36,262 bases of DNA from Poseidonia sp. (lineage in GTDB: Archaea; Thermoplasmatota; Poseidoniia; Poseidoniales; Poseidoniaceae), in NCBI GenBank assembly GCA_038136695.1, contig JAYQAK010000005.1, forward strand, positions 1-36,262. The letters are read 5' to 3'. The notes beneath the pieces were generated by a model that saw nothing but the letters and a program-made list of their open reading frames with translations, searched no databases and was not told the origin of the DNA. The position numbers and the translations under genes are program-made. Of this stretch, positions 1 through 8,451 are shown in pieces. The stretch's first letter is position 1, and every line of letters begins with the position of its first letter.

Positions 1-64
1 AATCCAACATCTCTGGATGGGCGATGATGAGCCCAGCGCCGATGCGGTCCAAGTACCACGTCAT
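1..64 (-). CDS. Partial CDS running off the left edge (MTWYLDRIGAGLIIAHPEMLD...), possibly YqgE/AlgH (UPF0301)-like
   Basis: ATG at 64 on the minus strand, open to position 1, co-oriented 89 bp downstream of dph2. LIIAHPEMLD loosely resembles the N-terminal LLIAxPxxxD motif of YqgE/AlgH, but only 21 codons are visible. Confidence 0.3.
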   Translation of the reverse strand, partial: MTWYLDRIGAGLIIAHPEMLD

Positions 65-153
65 ATCAAGGGAATGCTGTTGTCAACCGTTCTAAAAGAT
101 GTGGTTGTCAATTTCGCCGCCGACGCCCCTTTTGGGACAAAAGAGCGCATGAA

Positions 154-1263
154 TCAAGGGATTTCATCGAACTGGTATCCGGTTTCCCACTGCTTTTCAC
201 CCAGCGCCACTTCAAGTTCAAAGGGAGTGATGAGCGGTTTGCGGTATTTGACGGCGTCATCGATGGCAATGCGAGGGCAAGCCGTGTTCACGAAGGCGTC
301 CACGGGATAGAAGTCGATGAGTTCGGGGCCAACGTGCTCGAGAGCGAGCAAGTAGCCTTTCTTGCCGTGCTTGGCCAGCATGCGCTTCATGCGCAAAGCG
401 AGTGTCCGCCGCATTTGGCCGGGTTTCTCGCCGATCAGGATCCCAAACGAGTTGGCATCTTGAACGCTCATGATGAGGCCAAAACGCTGGCGGAGGATGC
501 GCTCAATGCGTTCAAGGGACATTTCTTCAGCGTCGCCGGTGTACGGGTCAAGCATCGCCAGTGGTTTGCCCGTGTGAAGGACCAGACCGATGGGGTGAAA
601 ATCGCCGCTTCCGAGGAAGAGGTAGTGGCCGATGGAGGGGTCGTCTCCAGAGTAGTTGCAGCCCAACACTTGGCCTGGGAACGAGAGGCGTGCACCGCCG
701 ATGGGGATGGTGACATCAAAGCCCGCCTTTTCCAGACGGTCATGAAAGTCGGGGAGGAGATGGAGGTGTTGAATGGAGCCCACCAAGCCGAGTTTGGTAT
801 CGGTGAGCGGTGCCATGCGCCCGACAGCGTCCATGAATCGCTCTTGTGCCTCTTCCTCGGTCAATTCGGTGGTGTTGGCTTGGTCAGCAAGGCGCGCTTG
901 GGCCATGGCCCGATGTTGTTCCAGCCACGGAAGGACGGGACTGAGTTCCGGGTCACCGTCGTAGGTGACGTTGATGAATTGGGTTGGCATCCCTGAATCG
1001 ATGTTCATTTGGGAATGACCCATGTGGGCGACCAACTCGACCCCCATGAGTTGCATCTTGTCGTGCACCAGGTCGCATGCCCCGTAGCAGGGGTCAGCGG
1101 CGAGCACGACCTGGGCGCTGGTTTCGGTTTCGATGGTGTCCATCATCTCAAGCGCTTGCATCTTGAGGCCTTCCGGCACTTGAAGGGCAATGAGTCGGTT
1201 GTCGTTGGCGCGAATACGCTCCATCAACTCGTCCAGTTCGAAGTCATGGCGGTCGAGATCCAT
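154..1263 (-). CDS. dph2: Diphthamide biosynthesis enzyme Dph2 (2-(3-amino-3-carboxypropyl)histidine synthase)
   Basis: LQVPEGLK, CYGACD, HMGH, GQVLGC and NTACPRI motifs, including the three Fe-S cysteines of archaeal Dph2. Start moved to the ATG at 1263. Confidence 0.95.
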   Translation of the reverse strand: MDLDRHDFELDELMERIRANDNRLIALQVPEGLKMQALEMMDTIETETSAQVVLAADPCYGACDLVHDKMQLMGVELVAHMGHSQMNIDSGMPTQFINVTYDGDPELSPVLPWLEQHRAMAQARLADQANTTELTEEEAQERFMDAVGRMAPLTDTKLGLVGSIQHLHLLPDFHDRLEKAGFDVTIPIGGARLSFPGQVLGCNYSGDDPSIGHYLFLGSGDFHPIGLVLHTGKPLAMLDPYTGDAEEMSLERIERILRQRFGLIMSVQDANSFGILIGEKPGQMRRTLALRMKRMLAKHGKKGYLLALEHVGPELIDFYPVDAFVNTACPRIAIDDAVKYRKPLITPFELEVALGEKQWETGYQFDEIP

Positions 1264-1318
1264 GTTCTCCCTCAACCCTGCGGCGTGGCCGCTCCCTCAT
1301 GAAGGCACCCATTGGCGT

Positions 1319-1891
1319 TCAGTCGAGAAGCACCACCGTGGCACCGTCCATTTCGAGTCGAACGAGCGACTGAATGTTGATGTCAGGATACAAGTCCTGA
1401 AGGCGCTTGAGTCCTCCACCTTTTTCCACGACAGCGATGATTTCGGTGACCTGGGCACCGGCTCGACGAACGCCTTCGATGACAGCCTCAAGAGTACCTC
1501 CGGTTGAGAGCACATCGTCGAGGATGGCAATGCGTTCACCTTCTCGGAGGTTGTTGAGGTACATCGCTCCCTTTGAGTAGCCCGTTGATTGGTCGATTTC
1601 GACCTCGCCTTCCAGACCGTAGGAGCGTTTTCGTGCAATGACCAGCGGGATGCCGGTGGCCATGCTCAGCGGTGCCGTAAGCGGAAGGCCCATGGCTTCG
1701 ATGCCCAGCAAGAGATCCACGTTGTTCCAATCCACCCGGTCAACGACCAGTTCAGTGATGGCCGTCAGCACATCGGGGTGCATGCGAGGCACGCCGTCGG
1801 TGATGGGATGGATGAAGTATGGGTATTCACCTTTCCAAATCACGGGAGCAGCTTTGAGACTTTCACGGAGTTGGTCCATGGCGTCGCTCAT
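1319..1891 (-). CDS. hpt: Archaeal-type hypoxanthine/guanine (purine) phosphoribosyltransferase
   Basis: YPYFIHPITDGVP N-terminus, EAMGLP, ARKRSYGL and the PRPP-binding loop ILDDVLSTGGT. Confidence 0.85.
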   Translation of the reverse strand: MSDAMDQLRESLKAAPVIWKGEYPYFIHPITDGVPRMHPDVLTAITELVVDRVDWNNVDLLLGIEAMGLPLTAPLSMATGIPLVIARKRSYGLEGEVEIDQSTGYSKGAMYLNNLREGERIAILDDVLSTGGTLEAVIEGVRRAGAQVTEIIAVVEKGGGLKRLQDLYPDINIQSLVRLEMDGATVVLLD

Positions 1892-1956
1892 GGGTCTTGG
1901 AACGGGTGTGAGTTCATCATCCTTCGGGATGATGCGGTTACGCTCATTTGGCGGGG

Positions 1957-2382
1957 TCAGAGCTCTGCGAGGTACTCAACGTATTCGTCGTGCTCCATGA
2001 GGTTCTCAAGGAGTTGCTTGTCCTCGGGATTGATTTGCAACTCATGGGGTTCCAACAAAATGATCCAACCGTCGTTGTACGCGGAATCGTTGACCAAATC
2101 GGGATTGATTTCCACCTCACCGTTGACGTCGGAAATGACGCCGGAAAAGGGAGAGGAAAGGGAGACCTTCTCGTCAGCACTCCACAGGGAAAAGAGGCTA
2201 CCGCCTTCGTCCACTTCGGTTTCGGCTTGAGGCAGAATCACGCGGAGAATATCGCCGATTTCAACACGGAGGAACTCGCTCACGCCGATCATCAGTTTCT
2301 GTTCTTTTTGCTGGAACCACAAGTGGTCCATCGAATATTTGCGGTCTTGAGCGATTACGAACTCGACGATTTCATCATCCAT
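1957..2382 (-). CDS. Glycine cleavage system H protein-like paralog lacking the canonical lipoyl-Lys
   Basis: KYSxDHLW, IGVSEF..GDI, SPFSGxIxxVN and PDLVNDSAYNDGWI match the GcvH fold. ESVK is replaced by WSAD. Strong SD upstream. Confidence 0.85.
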   Translation of the reverse strand: MDDEIVEFVIAQDRKYSMDHLWFQQKEQKLMIGVSEFLRVEIGDILRVILPQAETEVDEGGSLFSLWSADEKVSLSSPFSGVISDVNGEVEINPDLVNDSAYNDGWIILLEPHELQINPEDKQLLENLMEHDEYVEYLAEL

Positions 2383-2389
2383 TCTGTTT

Positions 2390-2395
2390 CCTCCT
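2390..2395 (-). promoter_or_regulatory. Shine-Dalgarno site (AGGAGG) of the GcvH-like gene
   Basis: cctcct on the plus strand, 7 nt from the ATG at 2382. Confidence 0.75.
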
Positions 2396-2500
2396 AAACG
2401 CGCCTTCCACAGGTGGTATATGAATACTGAGGAAGAAACTGTTTTTTTGAACGAACAAACGGGTTAAGAAACTCCACACACTCGGCAGGATGGGGAGCGT
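2396..2500. promoter_or_regulatory. AT-rich divergent promoter region between the GcvH-like and acyl-CoA dehydrogenase genes
   Basis: Markedly AT-rich intergenic segment with TATATGAA, a T7 run and TTAAG (2464-2468) between head-to-head genes. Confidence 0.55.
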
Positions 2501-3670
2501 ATGATTTTCGGAGAAACCGACGAACAGCAAATGATTCGAGAACTGGTCAGGGACTTTGCAGAAACCGTTCTCGCACCCACGGTCGAACATCGCGACCAAC
2601 ACCAACTCCCGCCCGCTGAGGAATGGGAAGCCTTCCTTGAATACGGCCTGCACGGCATCACGATTCCAGAAGCCTACGGCGGCTCTCCCATCGACGATGT
2701 TTCCGAAGCCATCATCATCGAAGAACTGGCTCGTGTTGATCCTTCCTTCGCCGTGATGTTCTGTGTCCATGTCGGGTTGTGCTCCATGACCATCGCCCTC
2801 CACGGCGATGAACATCAAAAGAACACCTACCTCCCTCGTCTCGCAGCCGGGGAAGTAGGTGCCTACTCACTTTCCGAAGCCGGTGCTGGAACCGATGCCG
2901 CTGCCATGTCGTGCAAGGCGAAATTGTCCGAGGACGGCACACACTACATTCTGAACGGAGAGAAAATGTGGGTCACCAACGGTGCCCAGGCCAAGATCCT
3001 CGTGCTGTTTGCCAAGGATGTTGACCATCCCGATTACGGTTCAAAGAAACACGGTGGCACCACGGCGTTCATCGTCGATGCCGACTTTGAAGGCTTCTCG
3101 GTTGGAAAGAAAGAGGACAAACTCGGTATTCGTTCCTCCGACACCTGCACCCTTGTGCTCAACGACTGCAAAGTCCCTATCGAGAACGTCATCAAAGGCG
3201 TGGGCAACGGTTTCCCCATCGCCATGAACGCGCTCGACAACAGCCGCATCGGCATCGCCGCCCAAGCGCTCGGCATCGCCCAAGGTGCATACGAGTCCGC
3301 CCTCCAGTATGCTCACGAGCGTGAAGCCTTTGGCAAACCCATCGCCTACCACCAGATGATCATGGCGTATTTGGCCGACATGGCCACGCAAATTGAAGCG
3401 GCCCGTTTGCTTGTCTACAAAGCGGCTTGGACCAAAGAACAGCACTACCACGCCGATGGACCACGCCACTCGAAAGAAGCCAGCATGGCCAAGTTGTTTG
3501 CCGGTGACACGGCCATGTGGGTGTCCGAGCGAGCGATTCAGGTGCTCGGGGGTTACGGCTACACCAAGGAATTCCCGGTTGAACGGTTCTTCCGAGACGC
3601 AAAGATCACGCAAATCTACGAAGGCACCCAAGAAGTTCAGCGAATTGTCATCGCACGAGCGCTGAAGTGA
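2501..3670 (+). CDS. Acyl-CoA dehydrogenase (short/branched-chain-like)
   Basis: YSLSEAGAGTD, NGEKMWVTN, KLGIRSSDT, REAFGKPI, ASMAKLFA, GGYGY and IYEGTQEVQR motifs. Confidence 0.95.
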   Translation: MIFGETDEQQMIRELVRDFAETVLAPTVEHRDQHQLPPAEEWEAFLEYGLHGITIPEAYGGSPIDDVSEAIIIEELARVDPSFAVMFCVHVGLCSMTIALHGDEHQKNTYLPRLAAGEVGAYSLSEAGAGTDAAAMSCKAKLSEDGTHYILNGEKMWVTNGAQAKILVLFAKDVDHPDYGSKKHGGTTAFIVDADFEGFSVGKKEDKLGIRSSDTCTLVLNDCKVPIENVIKGVGNGFPIAMNALDNSRIGIAAQALGIAQGAYESALQYAHEREAFGKPIAYHQMIMAYLADMATQIEAARLLVYKAAWTKEQHYHADGPRHSKEASMAKLFAGDTAMWVSERAIQVLGGYGYTKEFPVERFFRDAKITQIYEGTQEVQRIVIARALK

Positions 3671-4729
3671 TCACTGCTCTCGGCAAACAAGGCGGCGTAG
3701 GGCGACCGACCATGCGTGAGGAACCACCACGGCGTGGAGGTGCTCGCCTTTGGAGAATACACGCTCGTCGCTTTTCATCATGATGGCAAATTCAGCGCCG
3801 TCATCGGTCCTGCAGGTGAGGGTTGACCCACCGGTGTAGGCCTCGGTTCCCATCAGCGTCCGTTCCGTGGTCTTCACGGTGAAGTTCACGGCGTACGGAG
3901 AGGTTTGGCCGATGATTTGTTCCGTATCGCTTCGGAGTTTGGCCTCCGCAAGGCGCTCAAGCAAGGCCGGAAACCCATCTTCCTCAACAGCAACAGCGGG
4001 AGCAGATGGTGCGTGGTGTTCATGCTGTGCTTGTTCCACCATCTCCGTTTCCTCAGGTGGTTCGGGGACGGCGAGGGCTGTGAATTCGCTCTCGTCGAGA
4101 CGAACACCATGGTGGAGGAGTTCAACACGAAACACACCTTCTTCGTCGGATTCAAGAACAAACTCGTCGAAGGTTGGCGAATCCATTTCGTCGCTGTTGG
4201 TGACAAAAGCTTCGGTTTGACCGGTGTTCGTGTTGGTGACTTTGGTTTCGTAGGCGTCAACCGGCTCGTTAAACGAGGCGTGGACCGTGATGGAATCACC
4301 GACGTTGACGGTGGTTTCGTGAATCAACAACGACCCGGTGATCACGACGGGTTGCTCAAACAAATCATCAGGGATTTCAAGACCGCTAGCTGCCAAAAAT
4401 GCCATCCAATCAACGATAGGAATGCCTTTGCTGGTATCGGCTTTGACGAAGGAGAAAACGAGTTCAACCACCCAATCTGGAGGGCGCTCTCCTGTCATCG
4501 CACCGAGAAGACCTGCAAATTCCTCTCCCGAAATCAGGCCGTTGTTGTCGGCATCAAGGTCCTTGGTCAGTTGAACGGGTGAGACCGACGAGGTTTGAAG
4601 CCAATTTTTGAAATTGGAATGAAGCAATTGCGCCATGGTGTTGTTTTCACTGATGCGCCTGATTCGCTTTGAAATGGTCTGAACTTCAGGGTAAAACGCT
4701 TCTTTCTCTGGCAAACGAATTTCTGCCAT
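3671..4729 (-). CDS. EF-hand-containing acidic hypothetical protein
   Basis: Canonical EF-hand loop DADNNGLISGEE (4520-4555), followed by a beta-rich Ig-like segment and a beta-rich C-terminal domain. Confidence 0.75.
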   Translation of the reverse strand: MAEIRLPEKEAFYPEVQTISKRIRRISENNTMAQLLHSNFKNWLQTSSVSPVQLTKDLDADNNGLISGEEFAGLLGAMTGERPPDWVVELVFSFVKADTSKGIPIVDWMAFLAASGLEIPDDLFEQPVVITGSLLIHETTVNVGDSITVHASFNEPVDAYETKVTNTNTGQTEAFVTNSDEMDSPTFDEFVLESDEEGVFRVELLHHGVRLDESEFTALAVPEPPEETEMVEQAQHEHHAPSAPAVAVEEDGFPALLERLAEAKLRSDTEQIIGQTSPYAVNFTVKTTERTLMGTEAYTGGSTLTCRTDDGAEFAIMMKSDERVFSKGEHLHAVVVPHAWSVALRRLVCREQ

Positions 4730-4773
4730 GCACCGCCCAACACACGCCTAAACATCAAGATGATGCCTGCACA

Positions 4774-6150
4774 TCAGGGGAAGGAAACGCTCGGCCAACT
4801 CTCATGGTCGCCGTGTTCGAACGGCAGTCGACTCAACAACGCCTCCATTTCGCTGACCGATGTGAAATCATGTTCGAGTTGCAAACGGTGGAGCCATTGT
4901 TTGAGTCGGCCAAGGCGGATGCCCTGCGGTAGGCCGGTTCGTTGCATGATCCAATGCCCGTCAACGAGGCAATCGTCGGGAGACTGACGGGGCGACATGG
5001 CTTTCCAAGCCTCGGAGGTCTGGTTCGGCTGAGCGGGAGGGTGCTTTGCTTCGCCATGGAAAAAGGGGCGTAGCGGTTCGAGCACCGACCGGACATTGAG
5101 ATGGAGGGCGGCGTCGGGGCCAAGCACGTGGTCAAACACACGCAGTTCGCCGATGGTGGTGGTGGGAAGATGAGGCAATCGTTCGTGGAACAGCGCGCTT
5201 CCACGTTGGAATTCCTTTGAACTCTTCATGTCCGTGAGGTGTCTGAGCAGGGCACTGGTTGGTTGTTCAATCATCATGACCGCCACCCGATGGTGCGCCT
5301 GCAGTCCTTTGAGGAGCGGCTCATCGAGGGCTTCGAGCAGTTCGTGGCGAACGGTGGTCGACGAAGGCCAAACGACGGCGAGCACGCCGTCGCGTTTCAT
5401 TTGACTCAAGATGGCTCCAGCGTGATGCCCGTTCATGATTTTCTTCAATTCCATCCATCGTCGTTCCGTGGCGACCATCGAAAGACGCCCTTTTTTACTG
5501 ATGACGGCGCGTTGAAGTTCGCCATCCATGGTCCACAATGCTTCGGTTTCCCGGTTGAGAAACCGGTACGCCCTCAAGATCCTCAACGCGTCTTCTTCAC
5601 ATCGAACCGCAGGATCGCCCACGGCTCTGACCGTCTTGTCATGCAGGTCTTGAATGCCATCGTACGGGTCGTAGAGAAGGGCACGCCCAGCGTCCACGGC
5701 CATGCTGTTGAAGGTAAAATCGCGCCGACTCAAGTCCTCTTTGAGCGAATCTCCCCATTCCACTTGCTCCGGTCGACGGCCGTCTCTGTAGAGCGACTCC
5801 GTGCGGAGCGTGGTGATTTCGTAGTGGTTGCCGTCGCCTTTGACCGTGATGGTTCCAAAGGCTGAACCGGTATCGATCGCATCGGCGCCAAACAAAGAGA
5901 GGACCTCCTCGGGAGGGTGGGTGGTGGCCACGTCGATGTCCATCTCGCCCTGTGACGCACCGACCCATGCGTCACGAACAGCCCCTCCAACCAACCAAGC
6001 TCCGTGACCGTTGGTGCAGAGCTTGTTGAGGATGGCGCATAGGTCGTCGGGCAAACCAAGCAGCCATGCACGCATACGAGCAGGCACCGGTTCACCAACG
6101 AGGTCGGCTTCCACACCAGGAACAAACCTCGTCTCACTGCCCACGACCAC
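4774..6150 (-). CDS. cca: Class II (bacterial/eukaryote-type) tRNA nucleotidyltransferase, CCA-adding enzyme
   Basis: WLVGGAVRD, DIDVAT, EITTLRTE, RRDFTFNSMA, EDALRILRAYRF and ERxxxELxK motifs. Start uncertain: GTG at 6150 or ATG at 6075. The ORF-track start at 6396 overlaps the neighbouring gene. Confidence 0.85.
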   Translation of the reverse strand: MVVGSETRFVPGVEADLVGEPVPARMRAWLLGLPDDLCAILNKLCTNGHGAWLVGGAVRDAWVGASQGEMDIDVATTHPPEEVLSLFGADAIDTGSAFGTITVKGDGNHYEITTLRTESLYRDGRRPEQVEWGDSLKEDLSRRDFTFNSMAVDAGRALLYDPYDGIQDLHDKTVRAVGDPAVRCEEDALRILRAYRFLNRETEALWTMDGELQRAVISKKGRLSMVATERRWMELKKIMNGHHAGAILSQMKRDGVLAVVWPSSTTVRHELLEALDEPLLKGLQAHHRVAVMMIEQPTSALLRHLTDMKSSKEFQRGSALFHERLPHLPTTTIGELRVFDHVLGPDAALHLNVRSVLEPLRPFFHGEAKHPPAQPNQTSEAWKAMSPRQSPDDCLVDGHWIMQRTGLPQGIRLGRLKQWLHRLQLEHDFTSVSEMEALLSRLPFEHGDHESWPSVSFP

Positions 6151-6216
6151 GCCTCTGCTCTGGAGGCGGGGCAGGATGTGAAAAAGCATTATCGGACAGG
6201 TTCCCCTCCAAAGGCC

Positions 6217-6660
6217 ATGGAGTGGACAGAGGATGACGTGGCGCTGGTCCCCCTCCAATGGTTGAAACCCCATGAAGAAATCAAAATCAAAAACAGAGAC
6301 AAACTTTTGGAAATGACCAAAAAATGGGGAGGTTACACCAAGCCTCTGATCGTTGACCAAGCCACAGGAGCCATCCTCGACGGGCACCACCGACATTCGG
6401 TGGGCGTTCTGTTGGGGCTCAAACGCTTACCCGCGTTGTGCGTTAACTATCTTGAGGACGAAAGCATTCACGTTGACGTATGGCCCCATTGCGGGCGTGA
6501 AACGCTCACCAAGGTCGAGGTGGTCGAAATGAGTCTGTCGGAAAGGCTGTTTCCACCGAAAACGAGCCGCCACAGCATCGCCAACGACACGCCGCCAATT
6601 TTCTTCTCACTCGAGACATTGAAGGTGTTCCCTTCGTTTACTGGCCCTGACGAGTCGTGA
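6217..6660 (+). CDS. ParB/Srx-fold protein, SerK/SbnI-like (putative free serine kinase), short form
   Basis: LKPHEE, KPLIVD, ILDGHHR, VxVW and TKxEV...FPPKTSRH motifs. Start moved to the ATG at 6217. Confidence 0.75.
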   Translation: MEWTEDDVALVPLQWLKPHEEIKIKNRDKLLEMTKKWGGYTKPLIVDQATGAILDGHHRHSVGVLLGLKRLPALCVNYLEDESIHVDVWPHCGRETLTKVEVVEMSLSERLFPPKTSRHSIANDTPPIFFSLETLKVFPSFTGPDES

Positions 6661-8449
6661 TCCATCCTCTCCATCGTTCGTTTCCTTTTCCCTGCAGGGT
6701 GACGCCGTGTTGGGGAGAGGGTGAAATGGTCACCTCCACCGAAGAAAGGATGCCCTCGTGGCTCAATTCGAGCGCAACGCTCTCACCTGCACGGCCTGCA
6801 ACCAGTTGCTGGAGGTGCTTTGAGGAGCGAACACGAACACCGTCAATGGCCAACACCTCGTCTCCAACCTGGCTCAAGGTTCGTAGCGGAGAGCCTGCAT
6901 GATAGGTCGTGATGGTGACTCTCCCGGTCCCGTCCCGTGTGTTGATACCCAACCATCCAGGATGTTCGATGGTGCTTTCTGGAGGTGCCAATTTCAACCG
7001 GAAAAACGACAGCGCTTTGGTGATGTTCGGCAGGGCGCGCTGCTTCACCAACCGGTCGAGGAAGGGGCCCATGCTCGAGCCTCCCGGGCAGGCTTTGAGC
7101 GTGGTCCGGATGTCCCTGTAGTCCACGCCGTGTTCAACGGCCTCATCAGATGCGATTGAAAACCGACGCACCACTTCGGCCATCAAATCACAGGCACCAT
7201 ATTCGTTGTTGTTTCTGCGGCGCAATTCAACGTCCAAACAAAGCATGGCCAACTCGCCTTCAAGGTAGTAGGAAATTTGACTCTCTCTGGTGTAAGGACC
7301 GCTTCTATAGAGATGTATCCACGCATCATGGCTCGATTCCGCCAACGATTCTCGATGCATCCCGTTGCTTTGCGTATGGCGCTTCATCTTGCGCTCAAAA
7401 TCCAACCGCCAATCTTCTTCACTCCAAGCGCCTGAACGAACACACATCATGTCGCCAAGCCACGAAGTTCCTCCTTCAAACCACCACAACAAATCGGTGT
7501 GGACTTCGGATTGAAGATCGTAGTCGAGGAAGCATTTGGGACGGAGGCGTTTGACGTTCCACTGGTGAAGGTATTCGTGAGAAAAAAGGCTCACGAGGTC
7601 ACGGTATTCTTCCGGATGGTGTGGGAAGAGGCACTGGCGAGGCATCATCGAGGTCTGGGAGTTCATGTGTTCGAGGCCACCGCGGCCCTTCTCGGTGAGA
7701 TGAAGCACGGTGGTGTACGCCGGCCAATCGGGAACGCCAAACAGCGCATGGTGCTCTCGGATGATGCGCTCCATGTCCTCAACAAAGGCCTGGAGCCGGT
7801 CGGCGTTGGGCTGGTGGCCTCCGCTGTCCCACCACTTCAGATGATGGGTTCGACCGTCGACCACGTGCGTGATGGCGGGGTTGGCATTGACTTCGATGAT
7901 GCTGTCAAGCAACAGGTCCCGTCCTGCAGCAGAAAAGGACCATGTCTTCACATCGCCATCGCTTTTTCCGTCGTTGGTCGCTTGCAGTTGCGTGGCGGGT
8001 GTCCAAGCAGATGGGGCTTTGAGTTCAACGGCGTGGATTTCTTCCAAGCGTGAAGGTTCCACACCTTTTTCGGGCCAAAACCAAGTAAAAGGCGGCATGA
8101 GATGAAGATGGGTGGCGTCAAGGTGGTTTGACCGAACCGTCAATTCATTGGCCAGCAACTGATAGCGAAGGTGGACTTTCGCGGTGTTTTGACGCAAACG
8201 AACCGTAATGCTGTCCACGCCGACGCGTTTCCATGTCAAGGCATCTTCGTCTTCATCGTATGCCTCAAAATCAAACATGTGCTGGATGGGTTCGCGAAGA
8301 AAATACGATCCCGGAACCCATCGGGGGAACCGCAACACCAACGACCGACCGGTGAAGGGTCCCTCGATGGTGAGCCCGGTCACCAAGCGATGTTCTGCTC
8401 CGTTGGTTGCATCGGCGTGAAAGGTGATGCCTGAAGGGGGCGTGCTCAT
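6638..8449 (-). CDS. M61 family glycyl aminopeptidase with C-terminal PDZ domain
   Basis: PRWVPGSY, GGLEH, SHEYLHQWNVKRLRP, LWWFEG and SYYLEG motifs, then GWLGI...GDEVLAIDG (PDZ). Start at ATG 8449. Confidence 0.93.
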   Translation of the reverse strand: MSTPPSGITFHADATNGAEHRLVTGLTIEGPFTGRSLVLRFPRWVPGSYFLREPIQHMFDFEAYDEDEDALTWKRVGVDSITVRLRQNTAKVHLRYQLLANELTVRSNHLDATHLHLMPPFTWFWPEKGVEPSRLEEIHAVELKAPSAWTPATQLQATNDGKSDGDVKTWSFSAAGRDLLLDSIIEVNANPAITHVVDGRTHHLKWWDSGGHQPNADRLQAFVEDMERIIREHHALFGVPDWPAYTTVLHLTEKGRGGLEHMNSQTSMMPRQCLFPHHPEEYRDLVSLFSHEYLHQWNVKRLRPKCFLDYDLQSEVHTDLLWWFEGGTSWLGDMMCVRSGAWSEEDWRLDFERKMKRHTQSNGMHRESLAESSHDAWIHLYRSGPYTRESQISYYLEGELAMLCLDVELRRRNNNEYGACDLMAEVVRRFSIASDEAVEHGVDYRDIRTTLKACPGGSSMGPFLDRLVKQRALPNITKALSFFRLKLAPPESTIEHPGWLGINTRDGTGRVTITTYHAGSPLRTLSQVGDEVLAIDGVRVRSSKHLQQLVAGRAGESVALELSHEGILSSVEVTISPSPQHGVTLQGKGNERWRGWITTRQGQ

Positions 8450-8451
8450 GG

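Noticed and set aside
6151-6396. N-terminal extension of the CCA enzyme in the ORF track
   Set aside because: It overlaps the SerK-like gene head-to-head and has no class II NTase features; a downstream start is more plausible.
6217-6660. Interpretation as a ParB partition protein marking a plasmid or mobile element
   Set aside because: No HTH or dimerisation domain, no parA, integrase or transposase nearby, and the motifs fit SerK/SbnI better.
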